Assembly: GCA_963666985.2 (NCBI GenBank)
Contig: CAXXIA010000002.1
Coordinates: 480,001 to 544,000 of the forward strand
Length of the DNA: 64,000 nucleotides
DNA from: Spirochaetia bacterium
GTDB taxonomy: Bacteria; Spirochaetota; Spirochaetia; DSM-2461
Reading direction: 5' to 3'
Made by a program: the position numbers and the translations under genes. The notes under the pieces were generated by a model. It was not told where the DNA came from. It saw only the letters and a list, made by a program, of their open reading frames with translations, and did no database searches. How positions within the stretch are numbered: position 1 is the first letter of the stretch; every line of letters starts with the position of its first letter. Shown piece by piece: positions 10,305 to 21,187 of the stretch.

Positions 10305-11786
10305 TCAAACATAAAGAGGCTTAAGCGCTTCCAGCCAATTCAGATAACGGCCGTAAGCATCGTCATAAGCGCGGCGAAGCTTTTCATCGGGCTCACAGGA
10401 AGACACCCCGTCAATTTCAACGTGAGTTCCCACAATGTCGGCAAGCCGGGAGGCGCCTCCGCCGGAGAGCATCCAGTACGCCTGCAGTGCCGCTCCCAGC
10501 GCCGCGGCTTCGGACTGTTTGGGAATAAGAACGGGAACACCCAGAACATCCGCCGCCATCTGCCTCCAGACGGCGCTCTTCGCACCTCCGCCGATCATCC
10601 GGATTTCCCGAACGTCGAAACCCAGTTCCCGAAAACGGTCCAGCCCGATCTTCATTCCGTACACCGCTGATTCCAGCGAGGCCCGGGCGATGTTGGCCTT
10701 CGTGTAGTTCAGCGCGTTCAGGCCCATGATGCCGGCTTTGCCCTTGGGCAGATTGGGAACCCTCTCGCCGTTGAAGAACGGCAGCAGAGTAACGCCTTCG
10801 GCCCCCGCGGGTGCTTCGGCGCCCGCGGCGTCGATTTCCTTCACCGAAAGGCCGAAAAGGTCCCGGGTCAGTTCGGTGGCGACCGTACAGTTCATGGTAC
10901 AGAGAAGCGGCAGCCAGCCGCCCGTGGAAGAGCAGAACGCGGCCAGAATGCCCTCCGGATCGATAATGGGTTTATCGCTGTAGCCGTAAAGGGTACCGCT
11001 GGTGCCCATACTCATGGTTATCACGCCGTCGGTAACGGTACCGGTACCCACGGCTCCCATCATGTTGTCCCCGCCTCCGGAAGAAACCGGGATGCCTTCG
11101 GGTAAACCGGTTAGACCGGCCGCTTCCGGCGTGATGCGGCCGGCCTGCGCATCCGGTGCGATAAGCGGCGGAAGCTTCGAAAGCAGATGGGAATCAATGG
11201 AGGCAATAAGATCTTCCCGCCACACCCTTCGGCGAATATCAAGAAGACCGGTACCGGATGCATCGCCGTATTCCATCACGGCATTCCCGGTAAGCCGATA
11301 ATTCAGGTAGTCGTGAGGAAGCAGAACCCAGCGCATTTTCTCAAAAAGAGCGGCGTCGATCTTTTTAAGCCGAAGGATCTTGCTTGCCGTATATCCGGGT
11401 GCGATGAGGTTCCCCGCATCGGAAAGAAGCTTCTCTTCACCGCCGAAGGCTTCGGTTATCTCCCGGCATTCGGCGGCCGTGGACGTATCACACCAGAGCT
11501 TCACGTTGGAAAGCGGATTTCCCTCTTCATCGATCGGTACAAACCCGTGCTGCTGTCCGGAAATCCCCACGGCTTCCACGGATGCTTTTATCTTCGAATC
11601 GACTTGGTCCAGACATGAAAGAAGCGCGGTTGTCCACCATTCGGCCTTCTGCTCTCTGGTTCCGTCCTCTTCCGCGATGAGTTCATGCTCGGCCGATGCA
11701 ATCGCCCGGACTTTCCGATTTTCGGTATCATAAATAAGGATTTTGGTACTTTGCGTACCGTTGTCTATACCGAGGACGACACTCAT
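10305..11786 (-). CDS. xylB: Xylulokinase (FGGY family)
   Basis: GIDNGTQS, SGQQHG, WCD, DASGT, GGGDN, FFNGERVP; adjacent to xylA. Confidence 0.95.
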   Translation of the reverse strand: MSVVLGIDNGTQSTKILIYDTENRKVRAIASAEHELIAEEDGTREQKAEWWTTALLSCLDQVDSKIKASVEAVGISGQQHGFVPIDEEGNPLSNVKLWCDTSTAAECREITEAFGGEEKLLSDAGNLIAPGYTASKILRLKKIDAALFEKMRWVLLPHDYLNYRLTGNAVMEYGDASGTGLLDIRRRVWREDLIASIDSHLLSKLPPLIAPDAQAGRITPEAAGLTGLPEGIPVSSGGGDNMMGAVGTGTVTDGVITMSMGTSGTLYGYSDKPIIDPEGILAAFCSSTGGWLPLLCTMNCTVATELTRDLFGLSVKEIDAAGAEAPAGAEGVTLLPFFNGERVPNLPKGKAGIMGLNALNYTKANIARASLESAVYGMKIGLDRFRELGFDVREIRMIGGGAKSAVWRQMAADVLGVPVLIPKQSEAAALGAALQAYWMLSGGGASRLADIVGTHVEIDGVSSCEPDEKLRRAYDDAYGRYLNWLEALKPLYV

Positions 11787-11946
11787 AGGCTAAAGCCTCC
11801 CTCTGCGAAGCTGTCCCGAAACGGACATTCCAGAAACAGATATTTATTTTCTTACTCAAATAGCCGCTGTTCAATATAAGGCTAATCCCCGCAGGAGCGG
11901 AAAGTAATAGACAGAAGGTATTTTTGATGCATAAAATTGACCTTAA

Positions 11947-12795
11947 GTGGAAATTAAGATTGAGGACATCGTCTTTGTTTACCGAATGAAGGACGATGAA
12001 GACATAAAATGGCATACCCGTCATCACAGTCACGATGACGGACAGTTCGAACTTCACTATTTTCTCGGCGGAGAGGGGCATTTCCGCGTGGGAGGAACTC
12101 TTCATTCCGTTGAAGCGGGTTCTCTGTTTGCCTCTCCTCCGCGAACCCCGCACGCCGTTGAAGCGCGAAACAAGGAAGATCCCATTTCTTACTATGCCGT
12201 TTTATTCACCGTAGAAGAGGATTCGGACACGGAAGAACTCCGATCCCTTCTTTATCGGTTCTGTTCTCCGCCCCCGAAGAACATCGGCCGGAATTACAGG
12301 TTCTTTTTCGAAGAACTGAAAGAGCGAAGTCTTTCGACTTCGCAAACCCGCCGCAAATCAGCCATGCATCAGCTGATCTCCTTTCTGTATCTTCTCTGCG
12401 ACGGGAATGTTCCCATCGGAGAACCGGGAAACATTCATCTCGAGAAAGCTCTGGATTTGATGCAGGACAAAGTGTACGATCAGCTGAGGCTTCCGGAAGT
12501 AGCCGAAAAACTCGGAATTACCGAATCCTATATGATTCGGCTCTTTCGTAAGAAATTGAACATCACACCGATGAAATATTACACCCGTCTGAAAGTGGAG
12601 GCCGCGGCCGCTCTGCTGGTCGACACGCCTCTGGCGGTTTACGAAATCGCGGATCGACTTCATTTTTACAGTGAATACCATTTCAGCCGCGTGTTTAAGC
12701 ACTACACCGGTTCGGCACCGACTCTGTACCGAAAAGAACAGTATCACAGACGCCGTAAAGGGGAGAGAACAGGGGATGAACATCACATGGATTGA
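11947..12795 (+). CDS. AraC-family regulator with cupin domain, divergent from xylBA
   Basis: HHSHD cupin motif and C-terminal double HTH (EIADRLHF..EYHFSRVFK..TG.AP..YR). Confidence 0.92.
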   Translation: MEIKIEDIVFVYRMKDDEDIKWHTRHHSHDDGQFELHYFLGGEGHFRVGGTLHSVEAGSLFASPPRTPHAVEARNKEDPISYYAVLFTVEEDSDTEELRSLLYRFCSPPPKNIGRNYRFFFEELKERSLSTSQTRRKSAMHQLISFLYLLCDGNVPIGEPGNIHLEKALDLMQDKVYDQLRLPEVAEKLGITESYMIRLFRKKLNITPMKYYTRLKVEAAAALLVDTPLAVYEIADRLHFYSEYHFSRVFKHYTGSAPTLYRKEQYHRRRKGERTGDEHHMD

Positions 12796-14149
12796 CGCGG
12801 GCGCTCTGGAAGTTACCGACGGAGAGGATAAAAAACTCGGGTTTCCCACGGGAATACCTCCCAGACGCTTCGCATCCGCCGATACCGTCGCCGTTAAGCG
12901 TTACGAAGGGATTCTTCTCAACGCTTCGGGAGAAGCCGAATCCTGGCCGTTATTCCGATTCATCGAACATGAAGGAAGCATCGCGGCCTTGGGTCCCTGG
13001 CAGGAAGGAACGAAACCGTTCGACGCGTCCGAAGCGGACATCGCCGATCTTCTCGAACTGCTTCCCGCACTGCGAATCCTGAAAACTCAAAGTTTCCCCC
13101 TGAACGGACTCTACCTTCCGGCCTTTCGCAGACTTCCCGGCGGCGGATGGCTCGTTTTTCCGCCTCTTTTGGCATCCTTCGCCAGGGAGATCCATCCCGA
13201 AGACAAAAACCACGCCGATTGGGAACTCTGGACCCATCCCGATCTTACCGGTGAAGAAGCCTGGAGCTTTTCCTTGGGAATATTGTCATGGCGAATCCTG
13301 ACGAAAGAAGATCCCTTCGGCGATGAAACGGGAGAATCTCGCCGCGAAAGGATCAGAAAAGGCTTCATTCCTCCCATTGAAACGGAGGTTCCGGCAATTA
13401 ATCCGGAGGCCTCGTTATTTATCCGCTCCGCCTTATGCGGAGGAACGGACGGACGACCGGCACTGGATGATTGGGAACATTTCTTAAAAAAATGGTCGGA
13501 GAACGGTCTTCTTTTGGAACTCTCCGAACCGGAATTGGAACAGCGGCGTTCTCAGGCGCTCCGTAAGGCCGAAGAGTCGAATCGGCGGTTAAGACTCCGC
13601 CGGTGGTTCCGTCGATCGGGATGGAAGCTTATTTCCATAATCGGAGGTATCGCCGCTTTCGCCGCCGTCGTATCGGGGCCGATTAAGCACGCTCTGGAGA
13701 TTCCCGTAACATCGGGCATGCAGCCGCTGGAGGTGGCCGAAGCTTATTACAAGGCCATCGACGATTTGGATTTGGAAACAATGGACGACTGCCTTGCAAA
13801 GAAAGTCGGCAAGGAAGATACGAGGCTTGTGGAAATGGTCTTCGTAACGCATAAAGTCCGTCAAGGTTACGAGCATCTCGGCGATCTCCCCAGGGCATCC
13901 GAATGGCTGGCCGCCGGGAAGCCCGAACTGCAGCAGGGCATCCGACCGTGGGGGATTACGGATCTGCGGCTGACGGAAATGAAAGACGGACGAATCGAGG
14001 CCCGTTATCAGTTATGGGCCCCGCAGGAAACCGCGGAGGGAATGGAGCCCGAGGGGATTCCCAGGACGGACATTCTCACCTTCACCGAAGGCCGAAGATC
14101 CTGGGAAATCAGCGGCATGGAACGCAGTCAGTCCAAAGTGATCGAATAA
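12776..14149 (+). CDS. Hypothetical single-pass membrane protein
   Basis: 457-aa ORF with SD-like AGGGG and one hydrophobic segment (LISIIGGIAAFAAVV). Confidence 0.7.
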   Translation: MNITWIDAGALEVTDGEDKKLGFPTGIPPRRFASADTVAVKRYEGILLNASGEAESWPLFRFIEHEGSIAALGPWQEGTKPFDASEADIADLLELLPALRILKTQSFPLNGLYLPAFRRLPGGGWLVFPPLLASFAREIHPEDKNHADWELWTHPDLTGEEAWSFSLGILSWRILTKEDPFGDETGESRRERIRKGFIPPIETEVPAINPEASLFIRSALCGGTDGRPALDDWEHFLKKWSENGLLLELSEPELEQRRSQALRKAEESNRRLRLRRWFRRSGWKLISIIGGIAAFAAVVSGPIKHALEIPVTSGMQPLEVAEAYYKAIDDLDLETMDDCLAKKVGKEDTRLVEMVFVTHKVRQGYEHLGDLPRASEWLAAGKPELQQGIRPWGITDLRLTEMKDGRIEARYQLWAPQETAEGMEPEGIPRTDILTFTEGRRSWEISGMERSQSKVIE

Positions 14150-15087
14150 ATCAGAACGCCGCCGCCCGTGGCGGCGACCGCTCCCCCTACGGACGCCAAT
14201 CCGATGGAGAGATCGGCGGCTTTTTCCGGCATGACGGCCCTGAGGATTCCCGCCAGGGTTATCATACTCAAACCGGCGGTGAACAGAATCTTTCCGCCGC
14301 GCTCGGCTTCCCATTTCTCCGAACCCCGTTCGGGGCCAAGGTTCAATTCTTCGGATACGGCCAATTCATTTTCCGGCCGTTCCCGTCCGACTTCGGCCGC
14401 GGCGGCCGTGAGGAACGGATAATTAAACCAGAAATTTCGGATTTCCTCTTCAATGGCCGTGGACTTCAATTTCGCTTCGGGCGCCGAAGACTTTGTCCGA
14501 ACCATTCTGTCCGCGCCCAGGATAAACGGTTCGGTATTGATTAAATCGGCCTTGCTTACGGTTTCCTGATCAAAATGCAGAACGTCAACCTCGCCGTCAA
14601 AACAATAGACCGCCGTCTGACGCTCCGCTCCCTCTTGAGCGAGATCATAAAAAAGATCGTATCCGAAATCGGTTCCGCGGACTCCGGCAACCGTATCATG
14701 ACCGGTTACCCAAAGACGCGAGCCCCCCGTAATTCTTTCGGCTTTAACCCGGATACGGCCGTAAACGACTTTGAAGACGCTTCCGGAGGACTCATCCAAA
14801 CTCGCAACCGTGAATGTCGTGTTTTCGGCCAGCTTCACGACTCCCCTCGGCCCCGAAAGCAGCTCAATCTCCAGAAAAGTGCCGTCGTCGGTAAGGATGG
14901 TATCGCCCTCGCCGACGGGAAGACCGAGAACATCGTCGACGGCGAGATTATATGAGGTTCGAATCCCATCGGAAACGACGATAAACCCATTCCCGTCGGC
15001 GTATGAAACGACGGCGCCGGAGTCGGCAAAGACCGGACAAATCGCCAGAAACGAAAAAACCACGAAAAACGGCAGTACGGCTTTCAT
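14128..15087 (-). CDS. FecR-domain exported/membrane protein
   Basis: Signal peptide; GDTILT, VKLAENT and VAGVRGTDF FecR-like motifs; two C-terminal TM helices. Confidence 0.8.
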   Translation of the reverse strand: MKAVLPFFVVFSFLAICPVFADSGAVVSYADGNGFIVVSDGIRTSYNLAVDDVLGLPVGEGDTILTDDGTFLEIELLSGPRGVVKLAENTTFTVASLDESSGSVFKVVYGRIRVKAERITGGSRLWVTGHDTVAGVRGTDFGYDLFYDLAQEGAERQTAVYCFDGEVDVLHFDQETVSKADLINTEPFILGADRMVRTKSSAPEAKLKSTAIEEEIRNFWFNYPFLTAAAAEVGRERPENELAVSEELNLGPERGSEKWEAERGGKILFTAGLSMITLAGILRAVMPEKAADLSIGLASVGGAVAATGGGVLIYSITLD

Positions 15088-15177
15088 ACGTTTATTCTAT
15101 CCCCTGGAAGATCGATTGCCAACGCAAGGCGTGCTGCCTATCATGGTCCCTATGCCTGTTATACAAAGAGTGAAGCC

Positions 15178-16557
15178 GTGATCAAACCGGAATTCAAGAA
15201 AAAAAAGGCTCTGGTAATGGGACTCGGACTGCACGGAGGAGGCGTCGCCACCGCTCGCTACCTTGCGGAATCCGGAGCCGAAGTTACCTGTACCGACTTA
15301 AGAAACGCCCGGGATCTCGCGGATTCCGTCGCGGCCTTAAAAGATCTGAATATCCGCTTCGTCCTGGGAGAACATCGGGAAAAAGACTTCGATGAGGCCG
15401 GTATCATCGTAAAGAATCCGGCCGTACCCTCCGATTCGCCCTGGCTGAAAGGCAGAAAAAACATCGAAACGGATATCTCGCTCTTCCTCAAGGCCGCCGA
15501 ATCCCCCATCCTCTCGGTAACGGGAAGCAAGGGAAAGTCAACGGTTGTTTCGGCGCTTCACCATATAATGAAAAGCCGGTATCCCGGAACACGTCTGGGA
15601 GGGAACATCACCGTAAGTCCCCTTACCTTCCTGAACGAACTCACTCCCAAAGATCCGGTTATCCTGGAACTCTCTTCATGGCAGCTCGCCGATCTGCGCG
15701 GCCGAAAACTTCTCAAATCACGCGTCGCGTGCATTACCAATCTGATGCACGACCATCAAAACAGATACGCGAGCTTTGCCGATTATGAAGCCGATAAAAT
15801 CGTCATCCTGGAAGATTTGGACAAATCGGGATACGCCGTACTGCCGGATAACGCCTACGGCCGGAAATGGTCTTCCCTGACAAAAGGCAGAACCGTGCTG
15901 ATTGCGGAAGAAGCGAATGATGCGGCGCCGAAGGTTTTCTTCACATCGGGAGAAACCGCGGCTTTCAGAGGTGTCGATACCCGGATGGAAAACTCGGTAC
16001 CGGCCGAATTGCAGGTCCCGGGCCGGCCGTTTCGGCTGAACTGCCTCTTCGCGGCGGTTATGGCCGGACTGTTCGGATGTGACGCATCATCCGTCCGCGA
16101 CTCACTGGCGAGCTTTCAAGGAGTTCCCTATCGGATGGAAATGTTTCTCGATACGGGCGGCATCCGCTTCTACGACGATACCGCCGCCACGATTCCCGAT
16201 GCCGCCGCCGCCGCTGTTCTGGCCATGAACAGACCGGTTGTTTTAATAGCGGGAGGCACGGACAAAAGTCTTGATTTCGCTCCCTTCGATGAAGCGGCCC
16301 GTATTCCCAAAGGCATTATTCTTCTGGAAGGAAGCGCCACGGACAAATGGCTGCCTCGGCTGGAACGGCTCAATGCCGCCGTTCTCGGCATCTGCGGAAG
16401 CATGGAAGAAGCGGTCGCCGCGGCCAAGAAAAACCTGACTCCCGGAGATGCCCTTCTTCTTTCCCCGGGTGCCGCGAGCTTCGGACTTTTCCGCCATGAA
16501 TTCGAACGCGGGGATGTTTTTAAAACCGTATGCCGAAAGATGTTCGCTCCGGCATGA
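15178..16557 (+). CDS. murD: UDP-N-acetylmuramoyl-L-alanine--D-glutamate ligase
   Basis: MGLGLHGGG, TGSKGKST, ELSSWQL, DHQNRY, LSPGAAS. Confidence 0.95.
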   Translation: MIKPEFKKKKALVMGLGLHGGGVATARYLAESGAEVTCTDLRNARDLADSVAALKDLNIRFVLGEHREKDFDEAGIIVKNPAVPSDSPWLKGRKNIETDISLFLKAAESPILSVTGSKGKSTVVSALHHIMKSRYPGTRLGGNITVSPLTFLNELTPKDPVILELSSWQLADLRGRKLLKSRVACITNLMHDHQNRYASFADYEADKIVILEDLDKSGYAVLPDNAYGRKWSSLTKGRTVLIAEEANDAAPKVFFTSGETAAFRGVDTRMENSVPAELQVPGRPFRLNCLFAAVMAGLFGCDASSVRDSLASFQGVPYRMEMFLDTGGIRFYDDTAATIPDAAAAAVLAMNRPVVLIAGGTDKSLDFAPFDEAARIPKGIILLEGSATDKWLPRLERLNAAVLGICGSMEEAVAAAKKNLTPGDALLLSPGAASFGLFRHEFERGDVFKTVCRKMFAPA

Positions 16558-16755
16558 TCCGCCGGCCCTCACCGAGTTCTCCCGAGTACCGGTTTCGCTC
16601 CCGCGGGATTTCGGCGGTCTTATTAAAAACGGTCCTTCAAAAATTGCACACTAAGCTTTCTTGCGAATAAAAAAGTCATCGCGGAGTCTCAATAAAAATT
16701 GATTCGCATTCGATAAAGGAAAAACCATTTAATTCGATTTTAAAGGACTTCCCGC

Positions 16756-16784
16756 CAAAAATCGCTGATTTTTAAAATCGCCTC
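16756..16784 (+). repeat. 29-bp palindromic intergenic repeat, module A, copy 1
   Basis: CAAAAATCGCTGATTTTTAAAATCGCCTC; 27/29 identical to the reverse complement of 31838-31866. Confidence 0.8.
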
Positions 16785-16851
16785 AGATAGAATAAAGATA
16801 TCTTACACGCATTAAACTTTAGCAGCACCGATTCCGTCCGGGAGGCCGCCG

Positions 16852-18237
16852 ATGATTTCATATTTCCACAAACGTTCGTTTCGTCCGATTCCGGCCGTAA
16901 CCGTTCTTCTCTTATTAGCCTGCGCGGCCGGGGTGTCGGCCCAAGAGAATAAAACCGCGTTGATTATCGGCAACAGCGCTTATGAGAGTTTTTCTCCGCT
17001 CGGCAACCCCGTCGATGAGGCCGGACAAATGGCGGCCGCACTGGAACGCATCGGCTTTAAAGTTATTCTGCTGAAGGATGCCACTCAAGACGAAATGATC
17101 GAAGGTCTCATGAACTTCGAATATGAACTGAGAAACAGAAAAGGTCTGGCTCTCTTTCATTACGGCGGACACGGCGTTCAGGTCGGAGGATGCAATTACC
17201 TTATTCCGGTGGACGCCGACATTCCCAATGAACGGCTGATCCGCAGCCGGGCCGTGGATGTGGACGAATTTATCGGAACCATGGAAATCGCCGGAGCCGA
17301 AACCAACATCATCATTCTGGATGCCTGCCGAAACAATCCTCTTCCCGGTCAGGAACGCAGCGGAACCCGCGGTCTGGCCGCGGTGGGAAATCCGCCGCCC
17401 AACTCCATCATCGTCTATTCGGCCGATGCCGGCGCCACGGCCCAAGACGGATTATTCACGCCCACTCTTCTGAAATATATCGAAACGCCGGGAATGGAAC
17501 TCAACGCCATCCTGCGAAACGTTCGCAGAGACGTATTGGACGCCACGGGCGGCAAGCAAAGAACCGGCGAATACGACCAGTTGGTTACCGAAGTTTATCT
17601 GGCCGGCCGGAGAGACAACGTCGATCCGATTCCCGCCGTTCCGACCGGCGATTTCAGCGGATATGTCGATGTGACCAATGCCACGGGAGAAGACCTCTAC
17701 TATCTTTTTGTCAGTCATTCCGAAAGCGACAGCTGGGGCGACGACATGCTCGGCGATGAGATTCTGCCGGACGGTGAAACCTACCGTGTGTTCTTAAGCA
17801 ATCAGCCGTCGTCCATCTTCGATATTCAGGCGAAAAACGAAGACGGAGAACGCTTCACCTACATGGGCGTGGATGTGGAAACGACGGACATTACGGTTCA
17901 TCCCGAAGATATTGACCCCGACAGTATTCGCAATTTCATCGGAGAGGTAACGCTCAACGGACCCGGCGGTGATTTCGACGGCTACGTCGATGTGACGAAC
18001 GATACCGGCTTCAACGGCTTAAGTCTCCATATCAGACAGGACAGCAAAACCTGGGGGCCCGACCTCATGGGCGATGAAAACCTTCCGGACGGCTCCTCGT
18101 TCAAAATCTATATTCGGAATTACCCTCACAGCGTTTTCGATATCAGAATGACGGACGAAGACGGCGATACTTATTCTTTTTTCAATATCGATATCGCATC
18201 GGAAGACGTATACATTACGATGGAGAATCTTGATTAG
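16852..18237 (+). CDS. Secreted caspase-family (peptidase C14) protein with two C-terminal beta-rich repeats
   Basis: Signal peptide; ALIIGNSAY, HYGGHG and ILDACRNNP His-Cys dyad. Confidence 0.9.
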   Translation: MISYFHKRSFRPIPAVTVLLLLACAAGVSAQENKTALIIGNSAYESFSPLGNPVDEAGQMAAALERIGFKVILLKDATQDEMIEGLMNFEYELRNRKGLALFHYGGHGVQVGGCNYLIPVDADIPNERLIRSRAVDVDEFIGTMEIAGAETNIIILDACRNNPLPGQERSGTRGLAAVGNPPPNSIIVYSADAGATAQDGLFTPTLLKYIETPGMELNAILRNVRRDVLDATGGKQRTGEYDQLVTEVYLAGRRDNVDPIPAVPTGDFSGYVDVTNATGEDLYYLFVSHSESDSWGDDMLGDEILPDGETYRVFLSNQPSSIFDIQAKNEDGERFTYMGVDVETTDITVHPEDIDPDSIRNFIGEVTLNGPGGDFDGYVDVTNDTGFNGLSLHIRQDSKTWGPDLMGDENLPDGSSFKIYIRNYPHSVFDIRMTDEDGDTYSFFNIDIASEDVYITMENLD

Positions 18238-18247
18238 GATTCGGCTC

Positions 18248-20455
18248 TTACATTACGGCCTGCGTGCTTAAATCCTCTTCAAATCTCTCCGAATCAATTT
18301 TGAAGCGTTTTATCTTCCCGGTCAGTTCCCCCGTACTGCCTGTTAGTTCATGGCTAAAATTCTGTAAATCGCTTACGGCCCTCAAGACTTCCTCCGAACC
18401 GTTTTTAATCTCTTCCATGGCGGAATCCACGGTCCGGCTCAATCCCTGAATATTCGCCATATTCGACGCCGTTTCCGAGGTTCCCTTCAATATGTCCAAA
18501 GCGGCGGCTGAAATCTTCTCGGCCGATTCCTGAACCGAGATAACCGCGTCCATAACCTGATCCGAACCTGTTGAGATTTCTTGAGTGCTGACTTCAAATT
18601 CATTAAATGATTCGGCGATCTGCTCCATTCCGCTGATAACTTCGGCCAGTTTGGTTTGCAGCTGATTCGTCGATTGAGTCGACATCTCAATTTTCGTAAT
18701 TATATTCTGAACCGTTTGCCCGATGATATTGGAATTCGTACCGGAATTCTCGGCAAGTTTCCTGATTTCATCGGCCACAACGGCGAATCCTCGGCCGGCC
18801 TCCCCGGCATGAGCCGCTTCTATTGCGGCGTTCATTGCCAAGAGATTGGTTTGGGCGGCAACACTTTGAATTACATCCACTATTTCAAGGATGGAACTGA
18901 TGCTGTTGTTCATATCGGCAATGGATTCACTCGTTTTATTTAAGAGCGACCGACCTTCCTCCACGCCGCCGACAAGGTTTTGGGAAGTCAGCTTTCGGCT
19001 GGACGCAACGGACGCCATACTCTTCAGCGATGCAATCATCTGTTCTACCGAAGCGGTGGACTGAGTAACGGCGCTCGTTTGTTCACCTGTTTGCCGATTG
19101 AGTATTTCGATTGTCCGCTGGATTTCCTCGGTAGAGGCCGATGCCGCTCGTATTTCTCCGTCCAACTGCTCAATCCGATACTTTATCGAATCAAGATTGC
19201 TGGAAATTTCATGAACAGCCGAAGAGGATTCCTCAGCCGAAGCGGCCAGATTCTCGCCGACATGATTACTCACTTCGGCGGTAGTGCGAATATCGCGAAT
19301 CAATTGCTGCAGCGAATCGACAAAATCATTGAAATTATTGCCGATGCTGCCGATTTCATCCATGGTTCGAATAGGGATACGCGAAGTCAGATCGCCTCCG
19401 CCCTGGCTAATCGTACTCAGCTCCCTGCCTACGGCCTTTAATGGCTTGAAAATAAGACGACGCGTTACGAAGAAAATGGCTCCGGCGCAGATAAGCGTAC
19501 AAGCCGCGACAATTCCAATTAATATTCGTGTAACGAATTGAAGTTCACTTAAAATTTCATCAAGATCCTTTCTAAAAAAAATAAACCAATCGGCCGCCAT
19601 CTCATAATCGCCCGATTCAAATGAATGGCAGACATAAAGAGCGTCTTTTCCTTTGTATCGTCGTATAAACTGCGTTACATCCTTTAAGGCTTGTTCTCCA
19701 TACGGAGCCCATGCCGCCTTTCCTTCTTCGGTTAGAACGAGAGAATCGTCGGGATGAGCAATCATCTGACCTTCGGAATCTCCGAAAAATAAATAGGCCG
19801 TTTCACCGATATTTTTCTGAGCGATAAATTGATCGGTGAAATGGCTCATATGCGGTGCGATAATCGCGGCCCCGATTCGCTCGCCGTTTTCCATCACCGG
19901 AACGCTGATTACGAAAATAGGAGTGCCTGTTTTCATGCTGCGGTAGAGTTCACTCACGAAAACATCGGTACCGCCGCGAATCCTTTCGGTGTAATTCCGT
20001 CCGGCCCCCTTCCCAAGAGTTTGTCCCCGAACACTGTCGATAAAAAAAGAGCCGGCCGGAATATCATACGGCTCGCCATCAAAATCAATCGTTATCGGCT
20101 TATTAATGGCAAAAGACACCAAGGGGATATTTTCCAGATAATCATAATTTTCATATGTTGTTTCCAAGAAGTCCCTTGCTGATTGATACGCCTCCCGATT
20201 CAGAGGATCCCGGCAGACCGCTTGAACCGAAGGATTCTTCGCAATCTCTCGAGCCAGCCGTACTTGATCTTCCATCCATGATTCCAATGAAATACCGATC
20301 GTTTCCGTAACGGTATTTCCAAGTCTGTAAGCATTATCGATTAAATCGGAACGGATAATACTGTAAACAACAATTCCCGATACGGTAAAACTAAGAATTA
20401 TTATCGGCAAAACAATAATAAGAAATTTCAGAACAACACTCTGCTTTTTTGCCAT
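18248..20455 (-). CDS. Methyl-accepting chemotaxis protein (Cache-type sensor, HAMP)
   Basis: Two TM helices; [35 protein letters not shown]. Confidence 0.95.
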   Translation of the reverse strand: MAKKQSVVLKFLIIVLPIIILSFTVSGIVVYSIIRSDLIDNAYRLGNTVTETIGISLESWMEDQVRLAREIAKNPSVQAVCRDPLNREAYQSARDFLETTYENYDYLENIPLVSFAINKPITIDFDGEPYDIPAGSFFIDSVRGQTLGKGAGRNYTERIRGGTDVFVSELYRSMKTGTPIFVISVPVMENGERIGAAIIAPHMSHFTDQFIAQKNIGETAYLFFGDSEGQMIAHPDDSLVLTEEGKAAWAPYGEQALKDVTQFIRRYKGKDALYVCHSFESGDYEMAADWFIFFRKDLDEILSELQFVTRILIGIVAACTLICAGAIFFVTRRLIFKPLKAVGRELSTISQGGGDLTSRIPIRTMDEIGSIGNNFNDFVDSLQQLIRDIRTTAEVSNHVGENLAASAEESSSAVHEISSNLDSIKYRIEQLDGEIRAASASTEEIQRTIEILNRQTGEQTSAVTQSTASVEQMIASLKSMASVASSRKLTSQNLVGGVEEGRSLLNKTSESIADMNNSISSILEIVDVIQSVAAQTNLLAMNAAIEAAHAGEAGRGFAVVADEIRKLAENSGTNSNIIGQTVQNIITKIEMSTQSTNQLQTKLAEVISGMEQIAESFNEFEVSTQEISTGSDQVMDAVISVQESAEKISAAALDILKGTSETASNMANIQGLSRTVDSAMEEIKNGSEEVLRAVSDLQNFSHELTGSTGELTGKIKRFKIDSERFEEDLSTQAVM

Positions 20456-20718
20456 TTATCGCTCCTTGCCCATTATTTCATATTAATTATCGAAGCATGG
20501 AAAATTGGTTTTCAAGGAATAAGCAATAAAATTTTCATGATTAAATAAACATTCTTTAACAATAACCGGAATCAATGCGATCTTTCTTTTCGATCTCTCA
20601 AATCAAGAGATTTCGGATTAAAATGCATGAATAATGAAACGAATATCTTATTATTACGCCTTATTACGCCGAACTCTTCTTATTGGAAATCAAAGAAAGA
20701 GAATGGTATCTTGAAACA

Positions 20719-21054
20719 ATGATGAAACGCTTCCTAACCATCGTAATTCTTTTGTTTCCGGCCGCTTTTCTCTGGTCAACAGAAGGAAAAACCGTTTTCA
20801 AGGTGACCAATAATACGGGATTCGTTCTTTCCGCCCTTTATATCGACGATGCATCCGAAGAATGGAACGAAAATATCCTGGAAGGAACGCCCCTTCTCAA
20901 CGGAGAGTCCGTCTTTATCCCTTTAGTAACCCTGAACAATACCGTTGTTGATATCCGCGCTAAAGACGAAGAAGGCGATACCTACACCATCTTCGGCGTG
21001 AATGTAGAAAATGAAGACGTGATTATTTTCCTCCAGAATATCGACCCGGACTGA
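20719..21054 (+). CDS. Small secreted protein; one copy of the caspase C-terminal repeat domain
   Basis: Signal peptide; VTNNTG, W..NIL, DIRAKDEEGDTY, IDPD. Confidence 0.8.
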   Translation: MMKRFLTIVILLFPAAFLWSTEGKTVFKVTNNTGFVLSALYIDDASEEWNENILEGTPLLNGESVFIPLVTLNNTVVDIRAKDEEGDTYTIFGVNVENEDVIIFLQNIDPD

Positions 21055-21187
21055 CGCCGCCGTCTTCCGAAAAATCACCTCATCTCAGCCCTCGGCATAT
21101 CGAAAAGTCCCGTAATGAGGCACAAAATAAGTTCCATGCATTATACTGACCCCGGCGGCCGCGAGCGTCCGCCGAGGAGATGAATCC

